Of a stretch of 64,000 bases of DNA, positions 12,760-24,875 are shown piece after piece. The first letter of the stretch is position 1, and every line of letters begins with the position of its first letter. The position numbers and the translations under genes were made by a program. Source of the DNA: Squalus acanthias (Eukaryota). The stretch lies in the NCBI GenBank assembly GCA_030390025.1, contig CM059433.1, positions 8,806,001-8,870,000 of the forward strand, given 5' to 3'. The notes under the pieces were generated by a model. The model worked only from the letters and a program-made list of their open reading frames with translations, ran no database searches and had not been told where the DNA came from.

Positions 12760-12960
12760 CCATCAGCCTCAGTACCTCTGGGCTGGGGACGGGGAGAAAG
12801 ATCAGCCAGGGGGTCCCACACACAATCGCTATCCAGTGACTCCCACTTGAAGGTTTTGTGTGAACAGGATGGGTACGATTGTGATGGCCCTTGGAATAAG
12901 GTAGCCAGCCTTCATTGTAAATGCTGCGACATGGATAATGGCCATTTGGGTGAGGCACAT
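12760..12960 (+). mobile_element. LF-SINE-like ancient SINE fragment
   Basis: gatcagccaggg...atcgctatccagtgac and aatggccatttgggtgagg resemble the LF-SINE consensus as recalled. Confidence 0.55.
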
Positions 12961-12962
12961 AA

Positions 12963-13225
12963 ACATCAACAACTTGTATTTATATAGCGCCTTTAACGTA
13001 GTAAAACGTCCTAAGGCGCTTCACAGGAGCGCTATCAGACAAAATTTGACACCGAGCCACATAAGGAGATATTAGGACAGGTGACCAAAAGCTTGGTCAA
13101 AGAGGTAGGTTTTAAGGAGCGTCTTAAAGGAGGAAAGAGTGAAATGGAGAGGCAGAGAGGTTTAGGGAGGGAATTCCAGAACTTAGGGCCCAGGCAGCTG
13201 AAGGCACGGCTGCCCATGGTGACTA
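12963..13225 (-). mobile_element. L2 LINE 3' end
   Basis: Reverse complement of 27710-27965, with a (ttg)n tail. Confidence 0.85.
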
Positions 13226-13914
13226 GTGCTCATGGAAACTCGTGCAATACCTTCAAGAGGAAATTGCCACAAAAAAATAAATAGCACTAATAATATTGGG
13301 AGAGTATTCTATTCTAATCATGAGGAAACTGGGAACAAAATATGCGATTCAACCTATCAAGCCCATTCTCTCCACAAATGATATGCAATTTGCCCTATCA
13401 CAGACTCTAAACAAGTCAATCCCCTATGGGACGCAACAAACCATAGGTGTAACCACCAAAGAAAAATCTCTCGGACTCTTAAAGTTAATCAAGCAAATCC
13501 AACCTTAACTCCACACTAGTAAACTCTGACCAGTTGCACTCCACAGATGACTCATGAGATGCTTGCATTTATGTAGTCCCGTATCACATGAAAGCATTTT
13601 AAAGTGCTTCACGTAATGAATTACTTTTTGAAGTGAAGTAACTGTTCTTGTGCAAGCATACTCATCCAAACCCCTGAAGAACAGAACTCATCTTGATTTG
13701 TGAAGTATTTCATTATTAGTCTGTCCTTATTCTTACAACTTCAATCTCCTTAACAAAGTATTTACCCCATTCCTTTTTTTTAAATGGAGTCAAACCCATT
13801 GGATACGGTCTTAACTGTAATTACTAATATATATTTTTAAACTATTCACACTGCATCAGATATCAGTGATTTCATGAACACACATGTAGAGAGCATTCCT
13901 GAGAATTATACTTT

Positions 13915-14390
13915 AAAAGAAAGACTTGCATTTATACAGCGTCGTTCACGACCACCGGACATCTCAAAGCGCTTTACAGCCAATGAAGTACTTTTGAAGT
14001 GTAGTCACTGTTGTAATGTGGGAAACGCGGCAGCCAATTTACGCACAGCAAGCTCCCACAAACAGCAATGTGATAATGACCAGATAATCTGTTTTTGTTA
14101 TGTTGGTTGAGAGATAAATATTGGCCCCAGGACACCTGGGATAACTCCCCTGCTCTTCTTCAAAATAGTGCCCGTGGGGATCTTTTACGTCCACCTGAGA
14201 GAGCAGGCGGGCCTCGGTTTAACGTCTCATCTGAAAGACGGCACCTCCGACAGTGTAGCGCTCCCTCAGCACTAACACTGGGAGTGTCAGCCTAGCTTTA
14301 TGTGCTCACAGTCCCTGGAGTGGGGACTGTGAACCCACAACCTTCATGACTCAGAGGCGAGTGTGCTGCCCACTGAACCACTGCTGACAC
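13915..14390 (-). mobile_element. SacSINE1-like tRNA-derived Deu-SINE, full length
   Basis: tRNA head, Deu-domain (ggaggtgccgtctttcagatgagacgttaaaccgagg), L2-like tail. Confidence 0.85.
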
Positions 14391-15084
14391 TTTTAAGGCA
14401 GACTTTCGTAATGCACAGAGAGCCGTCCTCGAGCTATTCCTGTCACATGCACGCTGCTGTTGGTTTTGTGTGTATTTTAGTTTTCATTCAAAAGATATTG
14501 AAATTTCTGGAGAGCTTCCTGACAATAGCACGTCTCCAAAAGGCCCCCAGTGGGTCAGTGGGTAGATGAAGGGAGTTACAGAGACTAGAAAGATGCCTGC
14601 TTCAGTCCCTGTTCTTTGTACTTAACTGATTTCAACTGGTAATAGTGGAGAGAGTATTACAAATAACTTCAGCATCTTGGGAAAACCACCCATGGTTCCT
14701 ATTGCCAATCACTATAGTGTTGCCCTTGCACAGGGGTTGGAGAATGACAGAATATATACAATATACGAATATAAGAAATAGGAGCAGGAGTAGGCCCCCC
14801 GAGCCTGCTCCGCCATTCAATAAGATCTTGGCCTCAACTCCACTTTCCTGCCTGTTCCCCATAACCCATGACTCCCCTATAGCTCAAATATCTGTCTATC
14901 TAGGCTGGGATGGCCTTCCCCTCCACAGTTACAACAAGCTGCCACCACTCACTGCCTCGACTCAAACTTGAAGAATGGCTGGATCAAAAGGTACAAATAT
15001 CGGGGGGGGGGGGGAGTATTCTGTTCCAATCAGAAGAAGATATGGAACAAGAAACGTGACACAACCCATCAAGTCCATTCTCTC

Positions 15085-15423
15085 AAATAACAACAGAAAA
15101 CGCTGGGAAAACTCAGCAGGCGAGGCAGCATCCGTGTTGAGAGAAACAGAGTTAACGTTTCAGGTCAAAGACCTTTCATCAGAACTGGAGACAGCAGGAA
15201 ATCAAATAGATTTAACAAGGTTGAAGAGACAAATGGAGGTCCCGTCGAAGAGAAGAGCAGAACTTCTTCAAGGTAGGCATTCCTAGAAGAGAGGTCAAAA
15301 ATGAGAAGTCGCACAACACCAGGTTATAGTCCAACAGATTTATTTAAAATTACAAGCTTTCGGAGCTGTTGCCCCTTCGTCAGGTAGAGTTACAACAGGT
15401 TAGAGAGGAGAGGTGGCAGTGGA
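15085..15423 (-). mobile_element. Penelope-like family A fragment with a nested family B fragment (about 15290-15400)
   Basis: TSD ccattctctc; family A hammerhead at 15150-15186 (-); family B hammerhead at about 15350-15387 (-). Confidence 0.8.
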
Positions 15424-16807
15424 CCATTCTCTCCATCGGCTGCCTGTGGAAATATGACCCGGCATGAGTCAGAAGCGGAGGGGGGGAGTGGGGGGGAATT
15501 GGTGAGAAAACAATACATGTGGATTAGGCTTTCCTACAGCAAGCTGTTGAGAGAGAGCATGAGACACTAGTTCGAGGCATATCAGATGTTGGGTATTTTC
15601 AGTGAGATGGTGGGAGATCACGCACATTAATCACACACCATGACACACTCACGTCCCATCAAATATTCCTACTGTCAGTTGCATTAATGAACAGAATGAA
15701 ATTCAGACAAATCGAGAACAAAGTGGGCAAAAGGGCAGTCTGTTCCCACACTGCATTTTTAAAAATCAGAACTTAATTTTCAACAATCTGTTTCCAAATA
15801 ATGCCAATTATGAAACGATTTTTCTCCCACCGTTCTTTTTGGAAGTTATTTCTATTCTGCTGGGTTTAATTGCATTTTATTAATGTCGCTGCTTCTAAAT
15901 CAGCCCGAGCACAGAGACAGAAAGAGGGAGAGAGAGAGATTACCAGCTGTTGGATTCTGAATTTCTAAAAGTGACAGGTAGTTCATTGCAAAATGTGCAC
16001 GGCAGCTCTAATGGCCGAGCTAGTGCGGACATTTGCAAATTCAACAGACACGGCAATCAGTCACCCCTTTATGCGCCAAATGTCCTTTGCAGCTTTCGAG
16101 GCATATTGTCTGTCATGTGCCATCTGCATACAGAGAGAGCACTGACTGTGCTCGCTGCCAAGCCAAGTCCAGTGCTGCTGCGTTCCACTGGTCCTGAACA
16201 TGGAGCTGAAACACATGCGCGTCGTGAGACTCCTTGCTGGTGCTTTCGGTAGAAATGGCAGCGCGCAAACTTGTCACGCTTATCTCAATTGCAAGCAACA
16301 CATATTGCTGAGTATTAATATCATCTGGCACGCCTGTCGAGCCGCCCTGATTGGGCCGCCAGCTGTTCGCCTGTCTTAGGGCAGCAGGAAGTTCATAATG
16401 AATACGGCTGCTCCGTACATTGTGCAAAGCTCTCCCGAATGCCTGGGGCGGGGGGGGGGGAGGGAGGGAGGGAGCAACAAACGTTTGCCCTTTTTTGATA
16501 TCCTTACTTTTTCTTCCCCAGCCAGAGGACAAGGCAGGTCACAGGTCGCAGGTCACAGGTCTCCTGGTGTCCACTGTCAGGGTTATTTGTGGTTCTGCAC
16601 GACAGGGGTCGCCAACTGCAGGGCTTTTTCCAGCGCTTTATAACATGCCCTCTCGTGATCGGGACGAAACGTTCGAAATATCTCCCTTGATGATTCAGTG
16701 GATGAGCGCGACAACTGGCCTGGTACCCCACCGGGCCCACCAGGAAGGACTCAGCTTCAGTGTCTCGCCCGTGCTGAATTAGCTGATCCGTGTCTATATT
16801 GGTTGAG

Positions 16808-17005
16808 CAGCGGTTCCCAACCTGTGGTCCGCGGACCACCAGTGGTCCGTGAGGGTACTGCAGGTGGTCCGTGAACAAAAAAAATTATGGTACTGTAATA
16901 GGCAGCCATAGGCGATGTTAAAAATGTTTTAAATGGCTAGTGATCCACAAAAGCTTTTGATGACGATGTAGTGGTCCGCAAAGAGGAAGAGGTTGGGAAC
17001 CGCTG
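16808..17005. mobile_element. hAT-Charlie-type MITE
   Basis: Perfect 16-bp TIRs cagcggttcccaacct / aggttgggaaccgctg; internal gtggtccg repeats. Confidence 0.85.
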
Positions 17006-17228
17006 GACTAGAGGATGCTTCAATTGATCCCCACACTCACTGACATCACGAGCTGCCTGGCGTTGAAGCCCCCGGCGGTACCTCGTACCAGCGGCGCAAA
17101 ACGGGGGGGGGGGGGCGGTCCGGATTTGGCGTGCGTCACTGGATTCGCCTCACCCCGGCGCTACTGCATCCACGCCCCGTAAGCTGCTGGCGCTAACGGG
17201 AGGCACTAACCGACTGAATTTTTCCGCC

Positions 17229-17459
17229 AATACAATCGTAAAATACTGCTGGAAATCTGAAATAACAACAGAAAATGCTGGAAGCACTCAGCAGGCCAGG
17301 CAGCATCCGCGGAGAGAGAGACAGAGTCAACGTTTCAGGTCCCAGAAGAACGTTTCAGGTGACGAGGGGTCACAGAGCTGAAACGTTGACTCTGTTTCTC
17401 TCTCTCCACGGATGCTGCCTGGCCTGCTGAGTGCTTCCAGCATTTCCTGTTGTTATTTT
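17229..17459. mobile_element. Inverted (fold-back) Penelope-like family A 3' ends
   Basis: Two opposed 3' UTR copies; 14-bp TSD tgaatttttccgcc. Confidence 0.85.
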
Positions 17460-17789
17460 TGAATTTTTCCGCCGTTGTTTCCTGAATTCAAGGCAAATAG
17501 CCAGCGTGTGGAAGCTGCGATTGCGCGTGAATCGGATGCGGTGTTCAACTGGTGCTGAGAGTGGAACGTGAGCACATCATGAGGCACCTATTGCTTTTGG
17601 TGGAAAAGAAAGGGCATGTCTTGCCAAGTGCATGTCTGTGGCTGTCACGTGAGGGAAGGAGCTGGCTCAGCTTATAATGGCCTCTCCAGCTCCTGTTGGA
17701 ATGGCCACTAATTAATATTCACTGCCCAGGTTTGCAAATGGAGTCTGGTTACTTGGGCTATGCAGCAGAGGAACCGGGTGTCCCAACTT

Positions 17790-18072
17790 TCAGCAAAGAA
17801 GAGGCAAAAGAACCAGAGATGACAGGAGGAAACATTTTTTTCTACAGCGCGTTGTTGTGATCTGGAATGCGCTGCCTGAAAGGACGGTGGAAGCAGATTG
17901 AATAGTAACTTTTAAAAGAGAATTGGATAAATACATGAAGGGGAAAAAAAAATACCGGGCTATGGGGAAAGAGCAGGGGAGTGGGATTAATTGGATAGGT
18001 CTACTAACGAGCTGGCACAGGCACGATGGGCCGAATGGCCTCTCTCTCTGCTGAATGGTTCTATGATTCTAA
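17790..18072 (+). mobile_element. CR1 LINE 3' end
   Basis: Degenerate ORF2 end, 3' UTR and ttctatga tail. Confidence 0.85.
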
Positions 18073-18443
18073 GAGGGAAAAGCTGTTAAAACTCTAATTG
18101 GAAAACAGAAGTTGTGTTAAAAGAGACTGACACAGCTGATGATGACACCGGGAACTGAGGGTAAGAAAAACTTAAACAAGCTGAAAGGCAAAGCACAAGA
18201 TTAAAATGAGATAGCCCAGCGAACCAATGGGTAGAAGAGAATGAATGCAAATGAGGAGAGATTGAGTAGACTAGGCCTATATTCTCTGGAGTTTAGAAGA
18301 ATGAGAGGTGATCTCATTGAAACATACAGAATTCGTACAGGGCTTGACAGGGTAGATGCAGGGAGGATGTTTCCCCCTGGCTGAGGAGTCTAGATTGAGA
18401 GGTCGCACAACACCAGGTTATAGTCCAACAGTTTTATTTGAAA

Positions 18444-18481
18444 TCACAAGCTTTCGGAACTATCGCTCCTTCCTCAGGTGA
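18444..18481 (-). ncRNA. Minimal hammerhead motif (family B, inverted pLTR copy)
   Basis: Exact reverse complement of 20655-20692. Confidence 0.78.
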
Positions 18482-18839
18482 AGTAAATTGGATACAGAAT
18501 CGTCAGAGCATATATAGATGGAAAAAAAAAGCATGTGTACTTTACAATTGCAGACCAATAAATTAAATCATCCTGACTATCTGCCGAGGTGTGATAAAGT
18601 TAATTAAGTCAGCCAGGAAGGTACCACATCAAAAGACATAGCAAGATACAACTGAGACAATGAGGTGAAGTCGCAGGGGTTCTAACGTGTCAAGAGCTGC
18701 CGTCTGTATGTAAAACGAAAAGCTTTAAAAAAAAATTTTACTTTTTTACTGGGAAAAATTTTTACTTTTTTACTGGGAATCACATCTGTGAACAAGCTAA
18801 CGACGACTCGAGTCCGGATCACGTCATGTATCGTGACAT

Positions 18840-20315
18840 AAACCCATCGTACAGGGAACCCCCAGCTTCTGTCGCGACACTACAGACTTCTTACAGAAAC
18901 TCAGCACCCACGGACCAGTTGAACCAGGAACACTCCTTGCCACGATGGACGTATCGGCACTCTACACCAGTATCCCCCACGATGACGGCATCGCTGCAAC
19001 AGCCTCAGTACTCAACATCAACAACAGCCAATCTCCAGACGCCATCCTACAACTCATCCGCTTCATCCTTGACCACAATGTCTTCACCTTCGACAACCAT
19101 TTTTTTACCCAAACACACGGAACAGCCATGGGGACCAAATTCGCACCCCAATACGCCAACATCTTCATGCACAAGTTCGAGCAAGACTTCTTCGCTGCAC
19201 AGGACCTCCAGCCAACGCTGTACACCAGATACATCGACGACATTTTCTTCCTTTGGACCCATGGCGAAGGATCACTGAAAAGACTACACGATAACATAAA
19301 CAAGTTCCATCCCACCATCAAACTCACCATGGACTACTCCTCAGAATCGGTCTCATTCCTGGACACACGAATCTCCATCAAAGACGGACACCTCAGCACT
19401 TCACTCTACCGCAAGCCCACGGACAACCTCACGATGCTCCACTTCTCCAGCTTCCACCCTAACCATGTTAAAGAAGCCATCCCCTATGGACAAGCCCTGC
19501 GAATACACAGGATCTGCTCAGACGAGGAGGAACGCGATGGACACCTACGGACGCTGAAAAACGCCCTCGTAAGAACGGGATATGACGCTCGACTCATCGA
19601 TCGACAGTTCCGACGGGCCACAGCGAAAAATCGCATAGACCTCCTCAGAAGGCAAACACGGGACACAACCAACAGGGTACCCTACGTCGTCCAGTACTTC
19701 CCCGGAGCGGAGAAACTACGACATGTTCTTCGCAGCCTTCAACATGTCATCGATGACGACAAACACCTCGCTAAGGCCATCCCCACGCCTCCACTACTTG
19801 CCTTCAAACAGCCGCCTAACCTCAGAAGTACCATCGTTCGCAGCAAATTACCCAGCTTTCAGGATAACAGCGACCACGACACCACACAACCCTGCCATGG
19901 CAAACTCTGCAAGACATGCCAGATCATCAACACAGATACCACCATCACACGTGAGGACACTACCCACCAGGTACATGGTACATACTCATGTGACTCGGCC
20001 AACGTTGTCTACCTCATACGTTGCAGGAAAGAATGCACCGCGGCATGGTACATCGGCGAGACCATGCAGACACTGAGACAACGTATGAACGAGCACCGCG
20101 CAACAATCGCCAGGCAGGATTGTTACCTCCCAGTCGGGGAACACTTCAGCAGTCAAGGACATTCAGCCTCGGATCTGCGGGTAAGCGTTCTCCAAGGCAA
20201 CCTTAGAAACACACGACAACGCAAAATCATCGAGCAGAAACTGATAGCCAAGTTCTGCACTCATGAAGACGGTCTCAATCGGGATCTTGGGTTTATGTCA
20301 CGATACATGACGTGA
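18840..20315 (+). CDS. PLE reverse transcriptase plus GIY-YIG endonuclease (N-truncated, frame uninterrupted)
   Basis: MDVSALY, GTAMGTKFAP, RYIDDIF, FLD; linker C-x4-C-x2-C (CHGKLCKTC); VVYLIRC...WYIGET...RMNEH; GLN. Frame is open from 18840 (KPIVQG); first Met at 18945. Confidence 0.93.
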   Translation, partial: KPIVQGTPSFCRDTTDFLQKLSTHGPVEPGTLLATMDVSALYTSIPHDDGIAATASVLNINNSQSPDAILQLIRFILDHNVFTFDNHFFTQTHGTAMGTKFAPQYANIFMHKFEQDFFAAQDLQPTLYTRYIDDIFFLWTHGEGSLKRLHDNINKFHPTIKLTMDYSSESVSFLDTRISIKDGHLSTSLYRKPTDNLTMLHFSSFHPNHVKEAIPYGQALRIHRICSDEEERDGHLRTLKNALVRTGYDARLIDRQFRRATAKNRIDLLRRQTRDTTNRVPYVVQYFPGAEKLRHVLRSLQHVIDDDKHLAKAIPTPPLLAFKQPPNLRSTIVRSKLPSFQDNSDHDTTQPCHGKLCKTCQIINTDTTITREDTTHQVHGTYSCDSANVVYLIRCRKECTAAWYIGETMQTLRQRMNEHRATIARQDCYLPVGEHFSSQGHSASDLRVSVLQGNLRNTRQRKIIEQKLIAKFCTHEDGLNRDLGFMSRYMT

Positions 20316-20654
20316 TCCGGACTCGAGTCGTCGTTAGCTTGTTCACAGATGTGATTCCCAGTAAAAAAGTAAAAATTTTTCCCAGTAAAAAAGTAAAATT
20401 TTTTTTTTTAAAGCTTTTCGTTTTACATACAGACGGCAGCTCTTGACACGTTAGAACCCCTGCGACTTCACCTCATTGTCTCAGTTGTATCTTGCTATGT
20501 CTTTTGATGTGGTACCTTCCTGGCTGACTTAATTAACTTTATCACACCTCGGCAGATAGTCAGGATGATTTAATTTATTGGTCTGCAATTGTAAAGTACA
20601 CATGCTTTTTTTTTCCATCTATATATGCTCTGACGATTCTGTATCCAATTTACT

Positions 20655-20692
20655 TCACCTGAGGAAGGAGCGATAGTTCCGAAAGCTTGTGA
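20655..20692 (+). ncRNA. Minimal type I hammerhead ribozyme motif (family B)
   Basis: UCAC-CUGAGGA-A-GGAGC(GAUA)GUUCC-GAAAG-CUU-GUGA; stem III is the palindrome AAGCUU. Confidence 0.78.
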
Positions 20693-21129
20693 TTTCAAAT
20701 AAAACTGTTGGACTATAACCTGGTGTTGTGCGACCTCTCAATTTTGTCCACCCCAGTCCAACACCGGCATCTCCGCATCATGAGGAGTCTAGAACCAGGG
20801 GTCACAGTCTCAGAATAAGGGGTCGGCCATTTAGGACTGAGATGAGGAGAAATTTCTTCACTCAGAGGGTGGTGAATCTTTGGAATTCTCTACCCCAGAG
20901 GGCTGTGGAGGCTCTGTCATTGAGTATATTCAAGACAGAGATCGATAGAATTTTGGATATTAAGGGAATCAAGGGATATGGGGATAGTGCAGGAAAGTGG
21001 AGATGAGGTAGAAGATCAGCCATGATCTTATTGAATGGCGGCGCAGGCTTGAGGGGCCGAATGGCCGACTCCTGCTCCTATTTCTTATGTTCTTATGTTC
21101 TTACATGGGTATGACAAAGGTAACAGAAT

Positions 21130-22766
21130 TGTAGAGTTTCGCAATTATCGCAATTCAAATAATATGAGAGAAGCAGGTTTAATTGAACATTTTTATTGAA
21201 CGGAATGCTGTCTTGATAATAAAGGGTACAGAAGCCTGTAAAATGGCCGCCGCGCATCGTGGCAGAAGCTTCCAGAGACACAGTGGGCAGACAAGATGGC
21301 GTCAAATATACATTCAGTATGAGATCATACCTGGTACAAATTGAAAAGGCAGGATGCAACTCGTTTGCATCCTGGACAATAGCAATGATATAAGTGCTTG
21401 AATCATTTCATACGCACAGTAAGAATCATTGAACTGGGCCATCGAAAGCCCATCCAGATACATCAATACACAAATACCCACCCGGCTCAACAATGAGAGA
21501 GACATTGGCGGGTGATTAAGCCAGTATTCAGGGGGTCCCAAAACCAGTTGAGGAGACGATTCATACACATCCTGGCTGGCTCTACAATGGAGAAGGCATT
21601 AACGGATAGTTGGCCAGTTTCAGGTGATACCGAAACCCGTTCAGAAGATAATCGCCCCATGCTGGGAGTTTTGGGCGCCAAAATCACACAAAGGATAACA
21701 TTTAGATTTGAGCGGGAGATAAAGCCAACAAAACAGTATTACTACAGAGGACAAATGTCCATCGGTCTCTGGGCTCTTGGCTCTTGACTCTTCGCTCTTC
21801 GCTCTTGTCGTGCGCTGGTTTCTTCGGCGAGGCTGCGCTGGTCGGTTATTCGAGTGTTGGGTGGAGTTCAATCGGAACGAGCCACCTCGACATGGCAGGC
21901 AGCAGGGTACACCATCCCGATCGTCGGTAAACGGTGTCCGGACCCATCAGGGCAACACAGCGGTGTGTTCCCGAGCGAGGCCCGAGTGACGAGAAGAAAG
22001 ACGAGAAGAAATTCCACGTGCTGCCACAGTCAGTAAACCCCGACCGCGCCCAAAGATAAATGGCAGAGTCCACCAGTTCGAATTCTACAGACTACTTCAT
22101 GACCCGGTTTGAATTCCACAAACTACTTCATGACATCAGGGAGTCTGGCTTACCCTCCGGCTCTTTGAGCGGATAGCCTGAGCCATCCGCGACGAACTTT
22201 ACCGGGGCCGTCTCGAGTGGACCCATTCACGGCAGCGAGAGTGGACGGGTCGGGTGCAGAAGCCCTTACAGCCACCTGACAGCCAGGCACTGCAGCGAAA
22301 CGAGCTGAGAGCCTCATTTTGGGTTTCCGAAGTGAGCCGAGTGGTGAGCATGTTTCCCGATCCTACAAGTCCAGACGTAGTTTAGGTATATTAAGGGAGG
22401 GTGGTTTATAAGGTTAAGGTATAATGTGTTCCCCCTTTTACGATGTGTCGTGTGTTCCCCATTTCCATAGACTAAGTTTTATGAACGTGTGTATACTGGT
22501 ACTCTCTTTGATCTGCGCCTATGACATGTATTTCATGATTTTAGACGCCATGCAATAAAGACATTCATTTCGTGCTATTCAACCGGGTCTATTTGAGTCT
22601 TTCTCTGCATTACTGCTCCTTGCATCTAAGTCCAGGTGTCAGAACCGTAAGGGCGAGTGGGTCGAACCACTCACAGGTGCTTATTGCAAAAGTCTGGCCG
22701 GAGACCAGAGCAAGCAATAGTATAGGCAACGAAAGCCTCACCTCGCACCAGTCCGTGACCCTTACA
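21130..22766 (+). mobile_element. Probable solo LTR (about 1.64 kb)
   Basis: TGTA...TACA termini; CpG-rich; (gctctt)n tract at about 21770-21810; AATAAA at about 22554; aat on both flanks; purine-rich flanks look continuous. Confidence 0.55.
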
Positions 22767-23359
22767 AATGGATGGGTCAATGAAAGACCAGAAAGGATCT
22801 AAGTAACAGAAGAAAACAAGGCTGAGACTTATGTGAAGAAAGTAACGATGAGATTGAGGTTAAGCAACTAAACATTGTGAGGGAGGGACGGGGAGTGATT
22901 GATGCGAATATTTACTATGTTTAATGTGTCACATTTTGAAGATGACCCTGACTACAGAGGCGTTGTTCTCAATTTTACAGATTACAATAAATAAGGAACA
23001 AAAAGTGAAACCATTTAAAACCTCTAAGCCAACTGTTATTTTTCCCACTGCCTCCTCTAAGTAGATAATGTTTAAAGAGACAGGCATCAATAGAGTGTGA
23101 GGAATCGATCTCTGGCCATTGTGGTAAGAAAACTTTTAGAGTTTGCTCTTGCGGTCGGACTGCACTGCGGGCAAAAGCTGCCATTAAGAGCTGGGAGTTT
23201 CTATGCTGGCACCAGCCCCCTTAGCGCAATGGGTGTGGTAGTTGGAATCCCTTTGTACATGTGCTACTTGGAGGAGAGGGACGAAGAAGAAAGAGCACAT
23301 TCAGGAACTGAGGTATCATCGTCGGAGGAGCACCTACCTGCCTTGATCTTGTATACGCC

Positions 23360-24090
23360 GCAAAGGAATTACCTGGACCTCTCAGAGAAGCAGCGCCTTC
23401 AGAGGCTTCAATTCACCGGGGAGGCAGTGACAGAGCTGTGGGGCATACTGTCGGATGGCCAGCAACCCAATGCCAAGAAAGGTATGGTGCTGCCAATGGT
23501 AGCCAAAGTGACATCTGCCTTAAACCTTCTTGCTGTCGGCTTTTTCCAGAGTGCCGGTGGGGACGTCAACATTAATCAGTCAGCAGGGCATTTCTCCATA
23601 AAGCAGGTGCTTGATGCCTTGCAAACAACTGCATCATTTTCCCCATGGACACCAGACAACAGGAAACCAGAGTCCTAAATCACTAATGAGTGGCAGGATT
23701 CCCAAAAGTCCAGGGATCATTGATGACCAATTAGCCCTTTGTGCTTCTGTGAACAGGAATGCCCCAGACATGAACTGCAAGGCCTTTTACTCAATCAATA
23801 TTCCACTTGTGTGTGACCATCGACATTGGTTACTGTCGGTTAGTGTCCAAACCGCAGGGCAACAGTCACGACGAGTCATTCATTTTATACCAGTCCACCT
23901 TGCCACCATTACTTGCAGATACCCAGAAAGTTAAAGAGCTGGCCCCTGGGTGACCGAAGATATCTGCCGTTGCCTTTGGTTATGACTTCTCTTATGGCAT
24001 TCGTATCCACCAGCCAAGCACAAATACAATGAGGCACCTGCCTCTAGCAGATGCATTATTGTGTGTACTGGAAGATTGCTGAAGCAGCAC
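23360..24090 (+). pseudogene. Degenerate Harbinger (HARBI1-like) transposase
   Basis: YLDLSEKQRLQRLQF...KVTSALNLLAVGFFQS and KAFYSINIPLVCDH align by eye with 43990-44721; frameshifted. Confidence 0.75.
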
Positions 24091-24339
24091 TTGCAAGTCG
24101 GGGGGTATCGTACAACAAAATTACATGCTACAGGTGAGAGAGATTGGATAACTCGGGGAATGCACAGACTCTTCTCAAGAGCAACACATAAATAAAACCA
24201 GCAACTAGCTTCTTGTCTTATATTCGTCTGTTTACTTCAAACATCTTGAAGAGATTTGCAACCGGCTGTTTTGTCTGAGGCAAGAGGCTTTACAATGGTG
24301 GCCTCACAATAGTGACGCCATCAGGGCTTTACTTCAACG

Positions 24340-24875
24340 CAAATCCATTGGCAGGATAGGCGCACCGACGTCAGTGTTCTCGCTCAGGCCAACATCCCCA
24401 GCATCGAAGCTTTGACCACGCTCGATCAGCTCCGATGGACGGGTCACATCGTCCGCATGCCCGATACGAGACTCCCAAAACAAGTGCTCTACTCGGAGCT
24501 CCGACACGGCAAGAGAGCCCCAGGTGGGCAGAGGAAACGCTTCAAGGACACCCTCAAAGCCTCCTTGAAAAAATGCAACATCCCCACCAACACCTGGGAA
24601 TCCCTGGCCCAAGACCGCACAAAGTGGAGGAGAAACATCCAGGGAAGGCGCCGATCACCTCGAGTCTCTTCGCCGAGAGCAAGCGGAAGACAAGCGCAGG
24701 CAGCGCAATGAGCGCACATCAACCCAAGCACCCCACCCGCCCGCCCCTTCAACCACTGTCTGCCCCACCTGTGACAGAGACTGTAGGTCCCGCATTGGAC
24801 TCATCAGTCACCTGCGAACTCATTTTTAGTGTGGAAGCAAGTCATCCTCGGTTCCGAGGGACTGCCTAAGAAGAG
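24340..24875 (+). mobile_element. RTE LINE 3' fragment
   Basis: QLRWTGHIVRMPDTRLPKQVLYSEL motif; TSD acttcaacg. Confidence 0.9.

Larger units (their letters stand above)
18395..20782 (+). mobile_element. Penelope-like retroelement (Neptune type, family B), 5'-truncated, with inverted pseudo-LTRs
   Basis: Inverted arms 18395-18846 / 20288-20741; TSD tgaggagtctaga (18382-18394 / 20781-20793); RT+GIY-YIG ORF. Confidence 0.95.
18250..21103 (+). mobile_element. CR1 3' fragment (18250-18394 and 20781-21103) split by the Penelope insertion
   Basis: Joining the two halves restores sequence collinear with 37350-37800. Confidence 0.9.

Noticed and set aside
13297..15084. Weak similarity between 13297-13376 and 15010-15084
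   Set aside because: Short and diverged; it may simply be two old CR1-tail relics.
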